Below, in pieces: positions 1 through 13,224 of a stretch of DNA of 64,000 nt (position 1 is its first letter; each line of letters starts with the position of its first letter). The stretch covers positions 116,498,001 to 116,562,000 of the forward strand of contig NC_043003.1 of NCBI RefSeq assembly GCF_006345805.1, written 5' to 3'. This DNA comes from Octopus sinensis (Eukaryota). A program made the position numbers and the translations under genes. The notes below the pieces were generated by a model. The model made no database searches and was not told the origin of the DNA. It worked only from the letters and a program-made list of their open reading frames with translations.

Positions 1-78
1 CCGAGATCTATGAATGAGTTCTCTCCAGCGGTTCTTGTCCCTCATCACCGCTGCCATGTCCTGCGTCTCCCAGAGACC
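1..78 (-). mobile_element. Possible RTE-clade LINE C-terminal remnant
   Basis: Minus strand reads GLWETQDMAAVMRDKNRWRELIHRSR, resembling the RTE ORF end (…MxDRxxWR…) seen in the other RTE fragments here. Confidence 0.4.
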
Positions 79-675
79 AATGTCACATCATGGTTTTTAA
101 GTAGACACGAGGCCAGCAATTTTTATGGAATGATCTAGTCAATGCCATTGCTCCCATAATAGACCGTTTCTATACTTCATTGATCGCAGATGATGAAAGC
201 AATATTGACTCGGTGAGATTTGTACTCAGTAGATAAAAATGTTCTCAATCTAACATCCGTAAATATATACATACATACGTGTGTATGTAACTGTATGTGT
301 GTATTCATGTGTGAGTTGCTTAACCCTGAATTTACCGACAATGCTACGAAATTTTGGCTGAGCTTGCGAGATTACTAAGGAAAGTAAGAAAAAATCCAAG
401 ATTACAAAATAAGTACACGTCCTCAGACGTGAAATGAACTTCGGAGTTGCTTTGCCCCAAGCAGAAACTGCAGGAAGTACTCAGAGATTTTGCAAGCTCT
501 TTTAAAACCATTGCAATGCTTCAAAGCCTTCCATATCGGCCAGCGAGTATCTCAGGATCGCAAGCATTTTCCCCTTCGCTTGTACGCTTTGTATCAGTGG
601 GGTGGAGAGGACTGAGCTGGTTTTCACCTGCTGAAGGGTTGCCCTTGCGGTCTCTTATCAATCGTAGACATCTTG

Positions 676-706
<31 letters not shown>

Positions 707-795
707 CAACAGACAGACAGTCAGACAGACAGATAGATAGATAGATAGATAGATAGATCATAGAATAGATAATAGATAGATAGATAGATAAATAG

Positions 796-835
<40 letters not shown>

Positions 836-1488
836 ATAGATAGATAGATAGATAGATAGACAGACAGACATCCGTATATATGTTTGTATAAGAGATGTGC
901 AAAGGAAGAAAAGTTTTATTTAAACAAAGAACAGGAAACCATTGGTTGCAGGAAACCATCGTAGACTCGTGTAATTATTCTCATGCTACTCCTTTATTTC
1001 ATACACAATTTGGTATGTACTGTTCAAAAGTAATCCTTCTGCTATCCTATTTCACATTTTGCATTCAATAAAAAAAGTTAGAAGCAGACAGTCTTCGAGC
1101 GCTTTGTTAATGTCTTTATTATATATTTTTTTAAACACAGGCCAGTAAGAGTAAAACATTATCTTTTTTCCGTGATAATTAGTTGTATACTAAATTATTC
1201 CTTCCATTAACGAAAAATAGTAAAGAGAACATTTTTTTGTCCCCCTAAAGGAAACTAATAAAATGATTAGATGTTATAATTTGGTTCATTGTTCCTTAAG
1301 GAGTAGTGTTTAAAGAACGAGAACAAACAACGCATTTGGTACCAGATTGACTGAAACTCATACAAGCAACACAAGTGTAACCTCACAAATGTTCCTGCCA
1401 TCAAAACATTATCAAAAGACGTATCATGATGGAGGAATGTGTGTGTGCATATATATATGTGCGTATATATTAATATATATATATACTA

Positions 1489-1560
<72 letters not shown>

Positions 1561-1596
1561 GTATAGATATATGTATATATATATATATGTGTTGTT

Positions 1597-1793
1597 AACA
1601 AGTCAAGATAGAAAATGCTGAAATAATTTTATAAAGAATATTTCAGGACACGCATGTGTCAGGATCTTTGCCCATCATCTTCAGCTAGCAGGCCTCTGCT
1701 ACTCTAGATCGATGATGGGCAAAGACCATGAAACATGCATGTCCTGAAATGTTCTTTATAAAATTATTTTAGCATTTTCTATCTTGACTTGTT
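1597..1793. mobile_element. ~200-bp palindrome of two inverted Penelope-like terminal fragments, each with a decayed hammerhead motif
   Basis: Arm 1597-1680 is the reverse complement of 1711-1793 with few mismatches. Left arm (minus) has CTGAAGA…GACACATGCGTGTC; right arm has GAAACATGCATGTC with palindromic ACATGCATGT before the GUC. Confidence 0.65.
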
Positions 1794-2817
1794 TTTTCAT
1801 ATATATCAACTCATGTGTTGCTTTTCATCCTTATACATATACGCACATAGAGATATAAGCATGCGCAAATGAAGACATACAATAGAAATACAAAATGGCT
1901 GACGGTTAGTAAGGAGAGACACAAATAAGTAAGAAGAAAACAAAGGACCACTGATGCGGTCACAGGAGTGTGACGAAAGAACTCTGGTCGAAATAAGATT
2001 AAGATTAATGTAAAAAATAAATAAGACTGAAGCAAAATAACACCAAATATATAGTGCGTGTGTTTTTATTGGCTAAACTGGCAATATGACCCTTTATATA
2101 TATATACACGTTTTATTTAATATTTTGCACATTACTTAATCATCGTTATATGTTTTATCTTATATTTAATCTTTCTATATGTAATTTTTCTAAATGGTAT
2201 AATTAAATTTTTCATTATTGAATTCATAATAGGTGCTTTTTTTCTAATTTATATGTATATATTATATTTTATGAAATTTGATTTAGTATTTCTAAATTGA
2301 ATTTTTCCCTGTAAGTTTGGAATAATATTCCATCATATTTATACATATATATATGGGTTATTTGTATTATTGTTTCAGTGAAAACATATTTGGAATATCT
2401 TATTAGGTTTCGAGGTGTTGACATTAAGAGCTCTTTCAATATTTTTTGTTTAGGTATAATTAGTTTGAATTTATATTTGATTATTATTTTGATTATTTTG
2501 GGAGTCTGTGAGGGTACTTTGGGTTCATCTTTATTAGTAAGATTTATTCGGTTGTATGGTAATGATTACGTATTGAGATTAAGGGTTTATAATTTATAGG
2601 AATATTGATAGGGTTTATTATATCATTATTTTAAAATTTGGGATCGAAATAGGAGTTACATTTGTGATATATAGGGATTTTTAGATTTATGAGATAAAAA
2701 TATTTAAAGATTGATTATAGGGGTATAAGGGATTGATAAAGGGGCATAAGGGAGTATATATATCTATGGCGATTTTTTTCCTCCGTCTTCCCGTCTTTGG
2801 ATCTTTCCTTTCCCTAT

Positions 2818-2852
2818 GTTTCTGAAGAAGAGCTCAGCTCGAAACGTTAAAC
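2818..2852 (+). ncRNA. Minimal type I hammerhead ribozyme (Penelope-type, palindromic helix III)
   Basis: GTTT-CTGAAGA-A-GAGC-TCA-GCTC-GAAAC-GTT-AAAC: stem I GUUU/AAAC, stem II GAGC/GCUC, core CUGAAGA…GAAA, self-complementary AACGUU, GUU cleavage triplet. Confidence 0.65.
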
Positions 2853-2952
2853 CCTCCTTCTTTCCTTCTTTCCTGAACGTCCAATAATACTATACTTGTT
2901 CCACGTCCTCGCGTTGTTGTGTTTTCTCTTAGTGTTTTTTAATGTTTGGATT

Positions 2953-2995
<43 letters not shown>

Positions 2996-3208
2996 TATGT
3001 ATATATATATATATTAGAAGAAATGAGGTACTTAGAAAATCGGATGGCTTATATTTACAGATATTTATTTGTATATTACACTTTTTATACATCATATAAC
3101 TTAGATCATGTATTAGCGATTTCTCCCATTCTAGTGGGGTTTTCAAAGGGTGGTGGCGATCCTTGCTGTACTCTTCCGCCACAACTTTCTCTCACACTTT
3201 CTTCTGTT

Positions 3209-3330
3209 GGCCTTCTAACTTGGTCAGCGGGGTGGCGTCATTTGAATGCTAAAACAACGTGAAGTGCATTGTGACAAGCGATGTGTAGCAACATCTGCTA
3301 GCCTGATCAGTCACGGTGATCACGGTGATA
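3209..3330 (+). mobile_element. ~120-bp interspersed repeat ending in GTCACGTGATCACGTGAT-like tail before (TA)n
   Basis: Near-identical to 38715-38832; here preceded by a fragment (~3147-3208) of the SINE-C body. Confidence 0.6.
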
Positions 3331-3357
3331 TATGTGTACATGTATATATATATATAT

Positions 3358-3402
<45 letters not shown>

Positions 3403-3651
3403 CCGGTTTTGACTGAAGATCGAAGGCTTCGAATGTCCCGTCCGTTTTTTTGTATCGTCTTCCAAATGTTTTTCGTTCTTGTCCCAGTTGTGTTTTTTTA
3501 CATTTATCCTATATATATTATATATAATATATATATTATATATATATATATATATATAAATATTATTAGAGACAAAACCACTATTTTGCAAAACAAACAA
3601 GGAAAGACTTAATCAATACATAAAATTTTAATAAAAAGTCAAAAAAACCGG

Positions 3652-3692
3652 CACTACAATTGTTTCTTGTCCTGATCGACAATCTTCAGGTG
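3652..3692 (-). ncRNA. Minimal type I hammerhead ribozyme (second family)
   Basis: Minus strand CAC-CTGAAGA-TTGTC-GATCAG-GACAA-GAAACAATTGTA-GTG: stem I CAC/GUG, 5-bp stem II, palindrome ACAAUUGU, GUA triplet. Confidence 0.65.
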
Positions 3693-4095
3693 GACTTCCA
3701 ATCTAAAATATCAATGGTAGTTTTGTTAAGGGATTCGTGGTAGTTTGTGTCTATTTGCGATGTCTGTTGCTTTATTGCATTATTTCATTCATAATTTTTA
3801 AGTAGTGTTCGTTTTACCAAGTGAATATAACTTTTAATTCCATTTGTTCCATTTCTCCATTCATAATTTTAAATGATGTCCGTTTCCAGAGCGGGAATGT
3901 GGGTTGTATGTGTGTGTGAGGGAGTATGAATAAGTATTGTGTTGAAGTATTTTGGCTATTTTATTTATTTATCGTTGCCTAGACGTTTTTACGTGTATGT
4001 ATAGGATATATATATAGGTGTGTGGATTTAGTGTATGTATTTAGATATGGTTATATATAATTAGTTATATGTGTATGGGTGTATATATAGTTTTT

Positions 4096-4195
4096 NNNNN
4101 NNNNNNNNNNNNNNNNNNNNNNNNNNNNNNNNNNNNNNNNNNNNNNNNNNNNNNNNNNNNNNNNNNNNNNNNNNNNNNNNNNNNNNNNNNNNNNN
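4096..4195. other. Assembly gap (100 N)
   Basis: Run of 100 N flanked by (TA)n-rich DNA. Confidence 0.99.
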
Positions 4196-4317
4196 ATATA
4201 TGTGTGTGTGTATAATATACATACCAATGCAGATATATTTGTATATACGTACATACGCATGCGCAAGGGCCTATGTATATATATTATATATATATATACA
4301 TATATATATCTATATAT

Positions 4318-4367
<50 letters not shown>

Positions 4368-5099
4368 CTATATATAATATACGTCCATGAGTGCCTGTGT
4401 GTCTGTGTGTGCATTTAAACATGTCAATGTCCCCCTCTTGCAGACTATAATTCTCTATCTCTTATCATTAATCCTGAACTCCCACGAACCCCACAACCAA
4501 CGATCACCGCCAAGCAACACCACCGATCTTGATTCAAATCCTAATGGAGAAATACACACACACACACCACACACACACGCACACACGCACACACACACAA
4601 ACACACACACATGCACACATACACACACTCCATGACAGCTTCGACTTCTCTACACTGTAGAATCGAACGTCGTGTAAGCGCGACCACTTGCTTATTATTA
4701 AAAGCAAATGTCACGATAAAGTAAATATTGATGTTTCAGCAAGGCAAACATCTACGTGTGTTTAATTAATTTGCTAGTTGTGGTGGTAGTGATACTGTTG
4801 TTTATAGAACTAAATGAGGTCAACTGCTGACCCCTCATATCTCCCGCCGAACCAAAATTAAAACGAGGAATAACTGGATGACATTAACAAATATATATGA
4901 GAGTGTCTATGCGTATGGCTATATATGTGTGTATGTGGATGAATATATATACATACATATATATATATATATATATAATACAATAAAAAGCTTCCAAATA
5001 AGGAATATATAATATGTATATATATATACATACATAGTATATATTGCATGTATATATACATATATACATATATATGTATATATATAATATATATATTTT

Positions 5100-5130
<31 letters not shown>

Positions 5131-5139
5131 GATATGTAA

Positions 5140-5176
<37 letters not shown>

Positions 5177-5626
5177 ATATATATGTATATATTATATATA
5201 CACGCACCCATATATATATATATATTATATATATATATATATATTATATATATATATATCAGAATAAAAAATAGAAACATCCTTGGTGCAGTTTATATAT
5301 TTGAAAAAATAAATAGAGATGCCTTTTACGATAATTTTTCCACTTTAATAATTAGGTGCCCTCTCCTTAATAATTAGTTGTCTAGAAAAGATAGATATGT
5401 CTCCCTTTTTTTTTTGTTTTTAGCTATATCCTCATGCAGGTTTTCAGGGTATTCATGTTACATATATTTGATAAATCGAATGTATGTTTAATAAACGTCT
5501 CCTTCTCCTTTTCATAGAATGCTAATTTGAAATTAGGACTTAGGCCTTCAAATTAGGCCTGAAATAAAAGGAAGGGGATATGTTTTTCATCAACATAAAT
5601 TCGATTTGTCAAATATAGTTAACCTA

Positions 5627-6030
5627 TCAGGTCATCCCATTAGTTCTGTCCGATTTTACCTTCTTTAAAATTGAATGAAATTTAATAGTATTTTATAATG
5701 TCTAATGGAATTAAAAATTATTTTTATGCACTTGTGTACATTTAAACTAATTAAATATTATTTACTTTGATCAAAACCCTTTCTAACACGGAAGTATTCA
5801 AAGAGCATTTGAGGCACATAATGCTTTGTGTACAAAAAAGGAAACTCTGAAGCCGAAGCGACTCGAAACATGCACTCGATTTATGGGAAAGAATGTTTGA
5901 ATGGAAGAACTTGCAGAAGATGGTTTGCAAAATTCAGAAGTGAGATTTCAGCCTTGAAGATGAAGATCGAATAGGACGTCCAGTTGAATTTGATAAACTC
6001 CTTGTGGCATTACTTGAAGAAACCTAGTTT
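5627..6030 (+). mobile_element. Decayed mariner transposon, 5' end with N-terminal HTH
   Basis: From ~5788, with frameshifts: KEHLRHIMLC/QKGNSEAEATRNMHSIYGKECLNGRTCRRWFAKFRS/DFSLEDEDRIGRPVEFDKLLVALLEE, typical of a mariner HTH plus GRP linker. TA followed by TIR-like TCAGGTCATCCCATTAG at 5625-5643. Confidence 0.85.
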
Positions 6031-7183
6031 CATCAAAGAGACATGTGGATCTCACAGAGGGAAATTTTGAAGCAAGGTTCAACAATCACACCTTAAGCTT
6101 CAGACACTGGAATAAGCGGAAAACTATCAAATTGTCCAGTTATATAGGGTTCTTAAAAAAACAAGGTGTCAGCTACAGGATTTACTGGAAAACTTACACC
6201 TAACGGTAGTAGTAAGTGCGGTCTTTATATTATGGAAAGATGGCACATCTGGAAAATTTCCATGGACCACACACACTACATGTTTAAATTCAAGAACTGA
6301 ATTTTTTGGTTCATGTCCATGTGTAACAAAATACCTGTTACGGTTTTGGGTCCCCCAAGGTCACGGATAGAATCCACAATTTTACTATGTTCCAGCACAA
6401 GCTTCTTTTAAATGTTTTATTTTTATATAAATTTTTCATTTTTTCTGTTTTCTTTTCAATTATGTGAACGTGTACGTGTGTGAGAATACGTATATGTATG
6501 TATATATTCCATATGTATAAGTGTGTGCGTGTGTATATATGTGTATATGTATATGTATGTATATGAGTGTAAGAGTGTATCCAGTGCATAAGTGCGACTT
6601 TCATGCACAGGCCCTTTCATTTATACGGATATGCATATGTTTGAATATGTGCAGGTGTAGTTTTGAGATAGGAGGATGTATATGTATATATATGTATACG
6701 GGTACGCGGAGGTGCAAACGTATGACTGTATATACATACGCACGTTTATATGTATAAATGTCTAGATATATATGTATTATGTTACGTGTATGCATGTACA
6801 CACCTATGCGTATAAGAGGATAAAGTTGCGTACATATATACATATACATATATACATGTATGTATATATGTATATAAGTAGATGTGAGTATGCTCATATA
6901 TGTTGGTGTGTGTATGTGCATGTACGTACACGTGTTTTGATTTGAGTGTGTATGTATGTAGACGTTAAGAACGCAGGAGTCTACGTATTGTGAGAATATG
7001 GTTGCGTGTATTTTTTCGTTTTCCGTTTTTCTTTTTCTCCCTATTAGAGTAACGTCCCTTTTATTCAACGGTTTTTTTCATAGCGTCTCTTGCTATTAAT
7101 AGGCGACGAGAATACATCGTAGCTCTTCGCTCTGACATTCAAAATTCTGAGTACTATAATGACAACTTAGTCTTTGTTCAAAA

Positions 7184-7262
<79 letters not shown>

Positions 7263-7293
7263 GATAAATTTCAGAATGAATGAAATATAGTAA

Positions 7294-7513
7294 CCCTTTA
7301 GTGTTTAAACCGGCCATATCAGGCCAAATTTGCCTTCCTGTTTTATGCTTAAACCAGCCAACTCTGACCTCTCACACCTACCCTACAAAGTCATTCTAAA
7401 AGTAAACAGGGACATCGTCAAAATCTCAGAGTTACAAGATGCTGTACAATTAATTTAAAACAATGTGATTAAACACGCTTTACATTTGACAGACTAATCT
7501 GAATGCTAAAGGG
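7294..7513. mobile_element. piggyBac-like MITE
   Basis: Termini CCCTTTAG…CTAAAGGG; flanks GTAA and TTGA are each one mismatch from the TTAA target. Confidence 0.55.
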
Positions 7514-8235
7514 TTGATACACATACTTACATCTGTTTGTCTGTGTGTGTGTTTGTGTGTGTGTGTGTGTCTATCTGTCTGTCTGTCTGTCTGTCTGTCT
7601 GTGTGTCTGTGTGCAATGATGCATACATTGGTATTTGCAGTTTCAGCGAAACTCTTTGTGTCTCTCGATGTAAATAAAATAGAGACGTCAATGAAGTGTA
7701 TATTTGTAAAGGTGTAAAACTTGTTTTATGCAGAAAAGATCAAAGGAATTTAATTGGCAATTCTTCCCCGGAATAATTTTGGATCAATTTTGTTAATGAA
7801 GGGATGGGAGCAGGGTATATTACAGGTTGGGGTCGCTGCTATGCAATCTGTTTCTGGTTTGGGTAAAGAATGCAATGTATGTGTTAGCTAGTAACCAGTT
7901 ATTTGTCGGCTGCTCGTTCTCTGTACGTCAATAGAGAGGTGGGAGATTCAGTGGTTTTCAGATTTTTAAAATTTAGGGCCATTTTCACTGTGACACACCT
8001 AGAGCCACGGACACGAAAACATAGTCAGTCAGAGGAACATTGAAAATATAATTAGTGTATATTATTAATAAATAATTAATGATATTGCATTTGAATTTAC
8101 ACCTTAATATATATATATATATAATATATATATATATATTTCAACAATTGAGGGCAAAATTAATTAATTATTAATCAATTTCACCAAGTGTTCAGTATGC
8201 AAAGGGACCATCAAGGCGAATTCAAATTATTACAT

Positions 8236-8307
8236 TATATAAAAGGGCTTGTAAAATAAATACTTTGTATGCGGCAAAGTAATTTATTTTACTAAGCCCT
8301 TTTATAT
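8236..8307. repeat. Near-perfect 72-bp hairpin
   Basis: TATATAAAAGGGCTTGTAAAATAAATACTTTG-tatgcgg-CAAAGTAATTTATTTTACTAAGCCCTTTTATATA. Confidence 0.8.
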
Positions 8308-8357
8308 AATATATATATATATATATATATAATATATATATATATGTGTGTGTGGTG

Positions 8358-8412
<55 letters not shown>

Positions 8413-8598
8413 TGTGTGCGTGAGTGTGTGTGAGAGATGTTTATTTCTCTCTATAAACCGGTTTGGGAACATGTATATAACGGTCTGTGTGCGAGTGTGT
8501 GTGTGTGTGGGTGGGAGTGCTTGTGGGTGCATGTTGTTTTTGGTATATATATGTGTGCATGTGTATATACGTATGTGGGAGTTATGTTTTTGTGGGAG

Positions 8599-8641
<43 letters not shown>

Positions 8642-9034
8642 TTGGTAGTGAAGACTTAACTATTAGTAGAAATGTTAAGTAGAAAATATTTTCTCTTTCT
8701 AAAGGTGTGACGAAAATGATCATCTAGAAAAGATGAAGTAAGGATATTTTATCAAAATTCTAACTCCGGAAGAAAACCTGAACTGGTCAACACCACTACT
8801 AAGAACAACATCTCTATAAGTACTATCCAATAACACGTCTGTTTGAAAAGCTGCAAACAGCGAGAGCGTTGAACAATATACGAACTTAGGGAAAGTTTGT
8901 TCTTTCTTATGTGTTAAGACATTTTTTATAACATTAATAATTCTAAAGTTAATATCTTTCTTTGAGTACTGAAACTAAATCAAGGATTATTTGCCAAAAC
9001 TTTTTTAGAAATGTGTGTCTGTGTATGCGTGCGT

Positions 9035-9085
<51 letters not shown>

Positions 9086-9105
9086 CATATGCACATACAT
9101 ACATT

Positions 9106-9151
<46 letters not shown>

Positions 9152-10167
9152 TATTCATATATGCATGCATATTATAAATATATAGTTACACACACACACA
9201 CACACATATATTTATCTATCTATATATATATATATATCTGCGTGTATGCGTGTGTAAATGGTAGTGCATGAAGGAGATAATGTTGCTAGGAAAAGAGATA
9301 TGAAATTTCATGTTCTTGTCTATCGTATAAGATGATGGAAGTGTTCCGAATTCTTTGCTATGTCAAAGTGATATTCCAGAAATTCCAACATGCGCATTCC
9401 AAAAATATATATTTATTTGATTAAAATATCGAAAACTTTGCTGTCATTACATTCCATGTAAGACCATTTCCCACACAGCAAACGAAGTTTTCCGTCCAAC
9501 CAACCCGCTAACCAACCAGCTGACAGATATCCAAACATCCAGCCAACCAACCAATTGACTGAGCGGTTGAAAAGTGCAGCATGGGTCAAGAGTTTGGAAA
9601 AAAAAGTGACTCCGGGGCTTTACGGGTGATGTCTATTTGGCGATCAGTCAAAGATGTGTCCAGAAAGTTTAAGACAAATGATACAACTACATATTGTCAG
9701 AACGGGTTACCGACCAGCTATCCAACCGACTGACGCACCAGCCAACAAACAGATCATAGAAAATAATGTCCGACCAACCAATAGGCCGTCCACCCATGCC
9801 TAGCCACAGAATTATTAAGTAAGAGAAATATGAATTGCTAGTGTCATCAGGCCAGATTGTGAGGCTGCAGGCGACTTTCTTATGTGAGGCAACAACAAGA
9901 GGAAGGTCAAGCAGTCACTGCTGACTCTTGAACAGTCTTTGAGTGCAAACAAAACTTGCCAGGTCTCAGGGAATGGGGAGAAGGAAGAATAATTTCAACA
10001 GAAAAACAATGGACGCATTGTCAGCCGCTCATCCCGATTGTGGAGAGGGAGATACGACATGTTTAATTTGAGTAATTGAATGTCGTAATTTAACAATTCC
10101 CTTCAATCTGTGTTATTGTAATTCAGCTTATGCGTGAATATATATGCTGCACATGGTTGTATATCTG

Positions 10168-10212
<45 letters not shown>

Positions 10213-10259
10213 ATATATATATATATATAGTATATTATATATATACATATATATGTATA

Positions 10260-10297
<38 letters not shown>

Positions 10298-10326
10298 ATA
10301 TATTATGTATATATGCATATATATAT

Positions 10327-10359
<33 letters not shown>

Positions 10360-10424
10360 ATAATATATATGTATATATATATATATGTGTGTGTATATAT
10401 ATATATATACATATATATTACGTA

Positions 10425-10487
<63 letters not shown>

Positions 10488-10527
10488 GTATGTATATATA
10501 CATAGAAAGACAGAGGAAAAACGAGGG

Positions 10528-10558
<31 letters not shown>

Positions 10559-11377
10559 TTTTCGATATTCATAAAATATGTGCGAACGCAGCTTCACAAA
10601 GAAAGTATTTGACATATGTGACACTTTCTGCAAGTGCGCGTGCGCAGGTGTGGACAATGCCTGTAGGGGAGTAATTTTTACTCCGGGATAACACTTTATG
10701 TCTATATTTCATTATCCACGCAGAAATTAGAAGCATTCCACCCTGTTGAACTTTAGATTCGGTAGATAGAACAAAACAAATACAGAAAGGCTATATTCTT
10801 CGAAAGTCATATTCTCAATTCACAAATATATTCAATTAAATTGTGTGGGAACAGCAGAAATGATTAAAAATTTACACTACAGTTATACATTACACCACAA
10901 AGATGTAATTTATAGACGGAAAAACTTATTTCTGAGCTATTCTGTGCCTGTATTCTTTTTGTAAATGCGCATTTTCTAATAATTTTCACTTCGCCATCTG
11001 TCAACTGGATTGTTTTCAAGAAAAAGATACAGGGCTATAAACCCTGATAATGTGTCTGTCGAGCTGCGGTGAGTAAGTATCGGAGGTGTAAGTAATGTCT
11101 GTTATTTATTTAATCTTCACTTTCGCATTTTTACTTTCTAAACGACACGCCACATGCCCTGATATTATATGAATAATAACACGCTCCCTGTTTACTTCGA
11201 CGAGTCACTTGAATTTCACGTTTCAAACGTACCAACACGTTTATGGATGCTGCTGTCCTCAAGAAAGTACTATTAATAATGGATTTCGTGTCTGTGATTT
11301 TTGTCAGTAATTTTTTAATGAGAAAGGAAGTTCTAGCTTCGTTAGGAAGCTCCATTTGAATATTTATGTATTTATTA

Positions 11378-11775
11378 AGGCGGCGAGTTGGCAGAACCGT
11401 TAGCACGCCGGACGAAAAGCTTAGCGATATTTTGTCTGCCGTTACGTTCTGAGTTCAAATTCCGCCGAGGTCGACTTTGCCTTTTATCCTTTCGGGGTCG
11501 ATTAAATAATTTCCCAGTTACGCACTGGGGTCGATATAATCGACTTAATCCGTTTGCCTGTCCTTGTTTGTCCCTTCTGTTTTTAGCCCCTTGTGGGTAG
11601 TAAAGAAATAGGTATTTCGTCTGTCTTTACGTTCTGAGTTCAAATTCCGCCGAGGTCGACTTTGCCTTTCAAGCTTCGAGATCGGTAAATTAAGTACCAG
11701 TTGCGTACTGGGGTCGATCTAATCGACTGGTCCCCTCCCCCAAAATTTCAGGCCTTGTGCCTAGCGTAGAAAATA
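11378..11775 (+). mobile_element. tRNA-derived SINE family B (GGCGGCGAGCTGGCAGAA…), dimeric copy
   Basis: A-box-like head and GTTCAAATTCC B box; body GAGGTCGACTTTGCCTTT…GGGGTCGAT is repeated twice (second unit from ~11612). Confidence 0.85.
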
Positions 11776-13015
11776 TTCATGCATTTATTATTTGTCAATA
11801 TTCTTGAACTTGTTAAATATGGTAATTGTTACCTCGCAAGATGTTAGCTTGAGAATGTTTTCAATCTCTGTCTGGAAAAAGAGACACAACACTTTCAGAT
11901 GATAAGTGCAAGGAATCCTGGCTGGTCGGAGTATGTATTGGTTAGGAAAGTTAATAGTTCTCACCTTATAGGTATTCTCGGTGCGTTTTGTAGGGAGAAT
12001 TACCAACACTGATATGAGGGGTTTCTCACTAAAATGGTCAGAAGTTGTGCATACCTGTGAACATAGCGTTCAATCAGTAGAGCTCGCAAGAAACGTTAGA
12101 GGTTAGAGTTATGTTTTATGGAAAACGTTGAAGGGGAATTATTTTGCAGGGTGTAATGTTGTGTTTGGTATTGGTTACCGGGGCGGATTACCTAGATGAC
12201 TGTAAGGTGTTGTACTTCCTGCAGAGGCCTGTTGCAGAGATCATACATGTATTTAACAGATTGTTCTACATCACTTTGTTTCAATCTTTAGTTTAGGCTG
12301 AGCCGAGGAGCTGTCAGAATCGTTCGCTCGCCGGGTAAAAAAAAATCCTTAGCGATATATCAGCCATAACATCTCTACCATGCTTAATAAACTCGGCTAC
12401 TCTGACATCAGTGTTTGGTGTTTACCCTTGAGGGGATATATTCTTTATAATAGCATTATTATCCATTTCTTCGATAACATGTTGCTGCAGTTGGTCCTTA
12501 ATGACTTTCTCATCTATTGTAGACATACAAAAAAAAAATAATATAAAATAAAAAGATCTGTGAAAAGTTTTATCCAGCCCTTTAGAAGATCTTCGGAATC
12601 ACTGAATAAATTAATCGAAATTTAGGAAAGGAGAGGAGAAGTAATTGATTGGCGAGGACTAAATATCTTTACATTGTTTTGGAGATTTTTGGTCATAAAC
12701 CATGTGAATATCTGTGGATAGGATCAGTAACAATGCGTTCTTCGTTGCTGGCATTTCTCTCAGAATACTTGATTCATGGACCTTCAATAATTTCTCTCTC
12801 TCTTCAAGCGTTTCCTGCATTATGATTTAGCAATTTCTTGTTATTTTCATTGAACCAATTCTTGCGCCTGCGTGAACACGCTATCATCAATCATCTCTGC
12901 ATCCTCGGCCACTTGGATATCATCTGCATCGGCATCATCATCAACAAACCTCCGGGGTGCCGCTAAATGAATTTTTAAAATTGTTCTATAGTGTATTCCG
13001 CAGAGAAGGGAGAGA

Positions 13016-13053
<38 letters not shown>

Positions 13054-13181
13054 GAGAGACAGAGAAAGAGAGAGAGATGCAGGAAAGATCTCTGTGGTTT
13101 CACCACAGTATATATATATTTGCGATGATATCTATTGCTTAACCGCAGTATGCTATTTAAGTTAAAACTTCTCACAAACGC

Positions 13182-13224
<43 letters not shown>

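Noticed and set aside
624-680. MSTID start shared with the minus-strand frame near 12510
   Set aside because: There is no similarity beyond five codons; this is compatible with chance.
5846-5875. CTGAAGC…CGAAACATGCA hammerhead-like string
   Set aside because: The core is wrong (CUGAAGC) and it lies within the mariner coding remnant.
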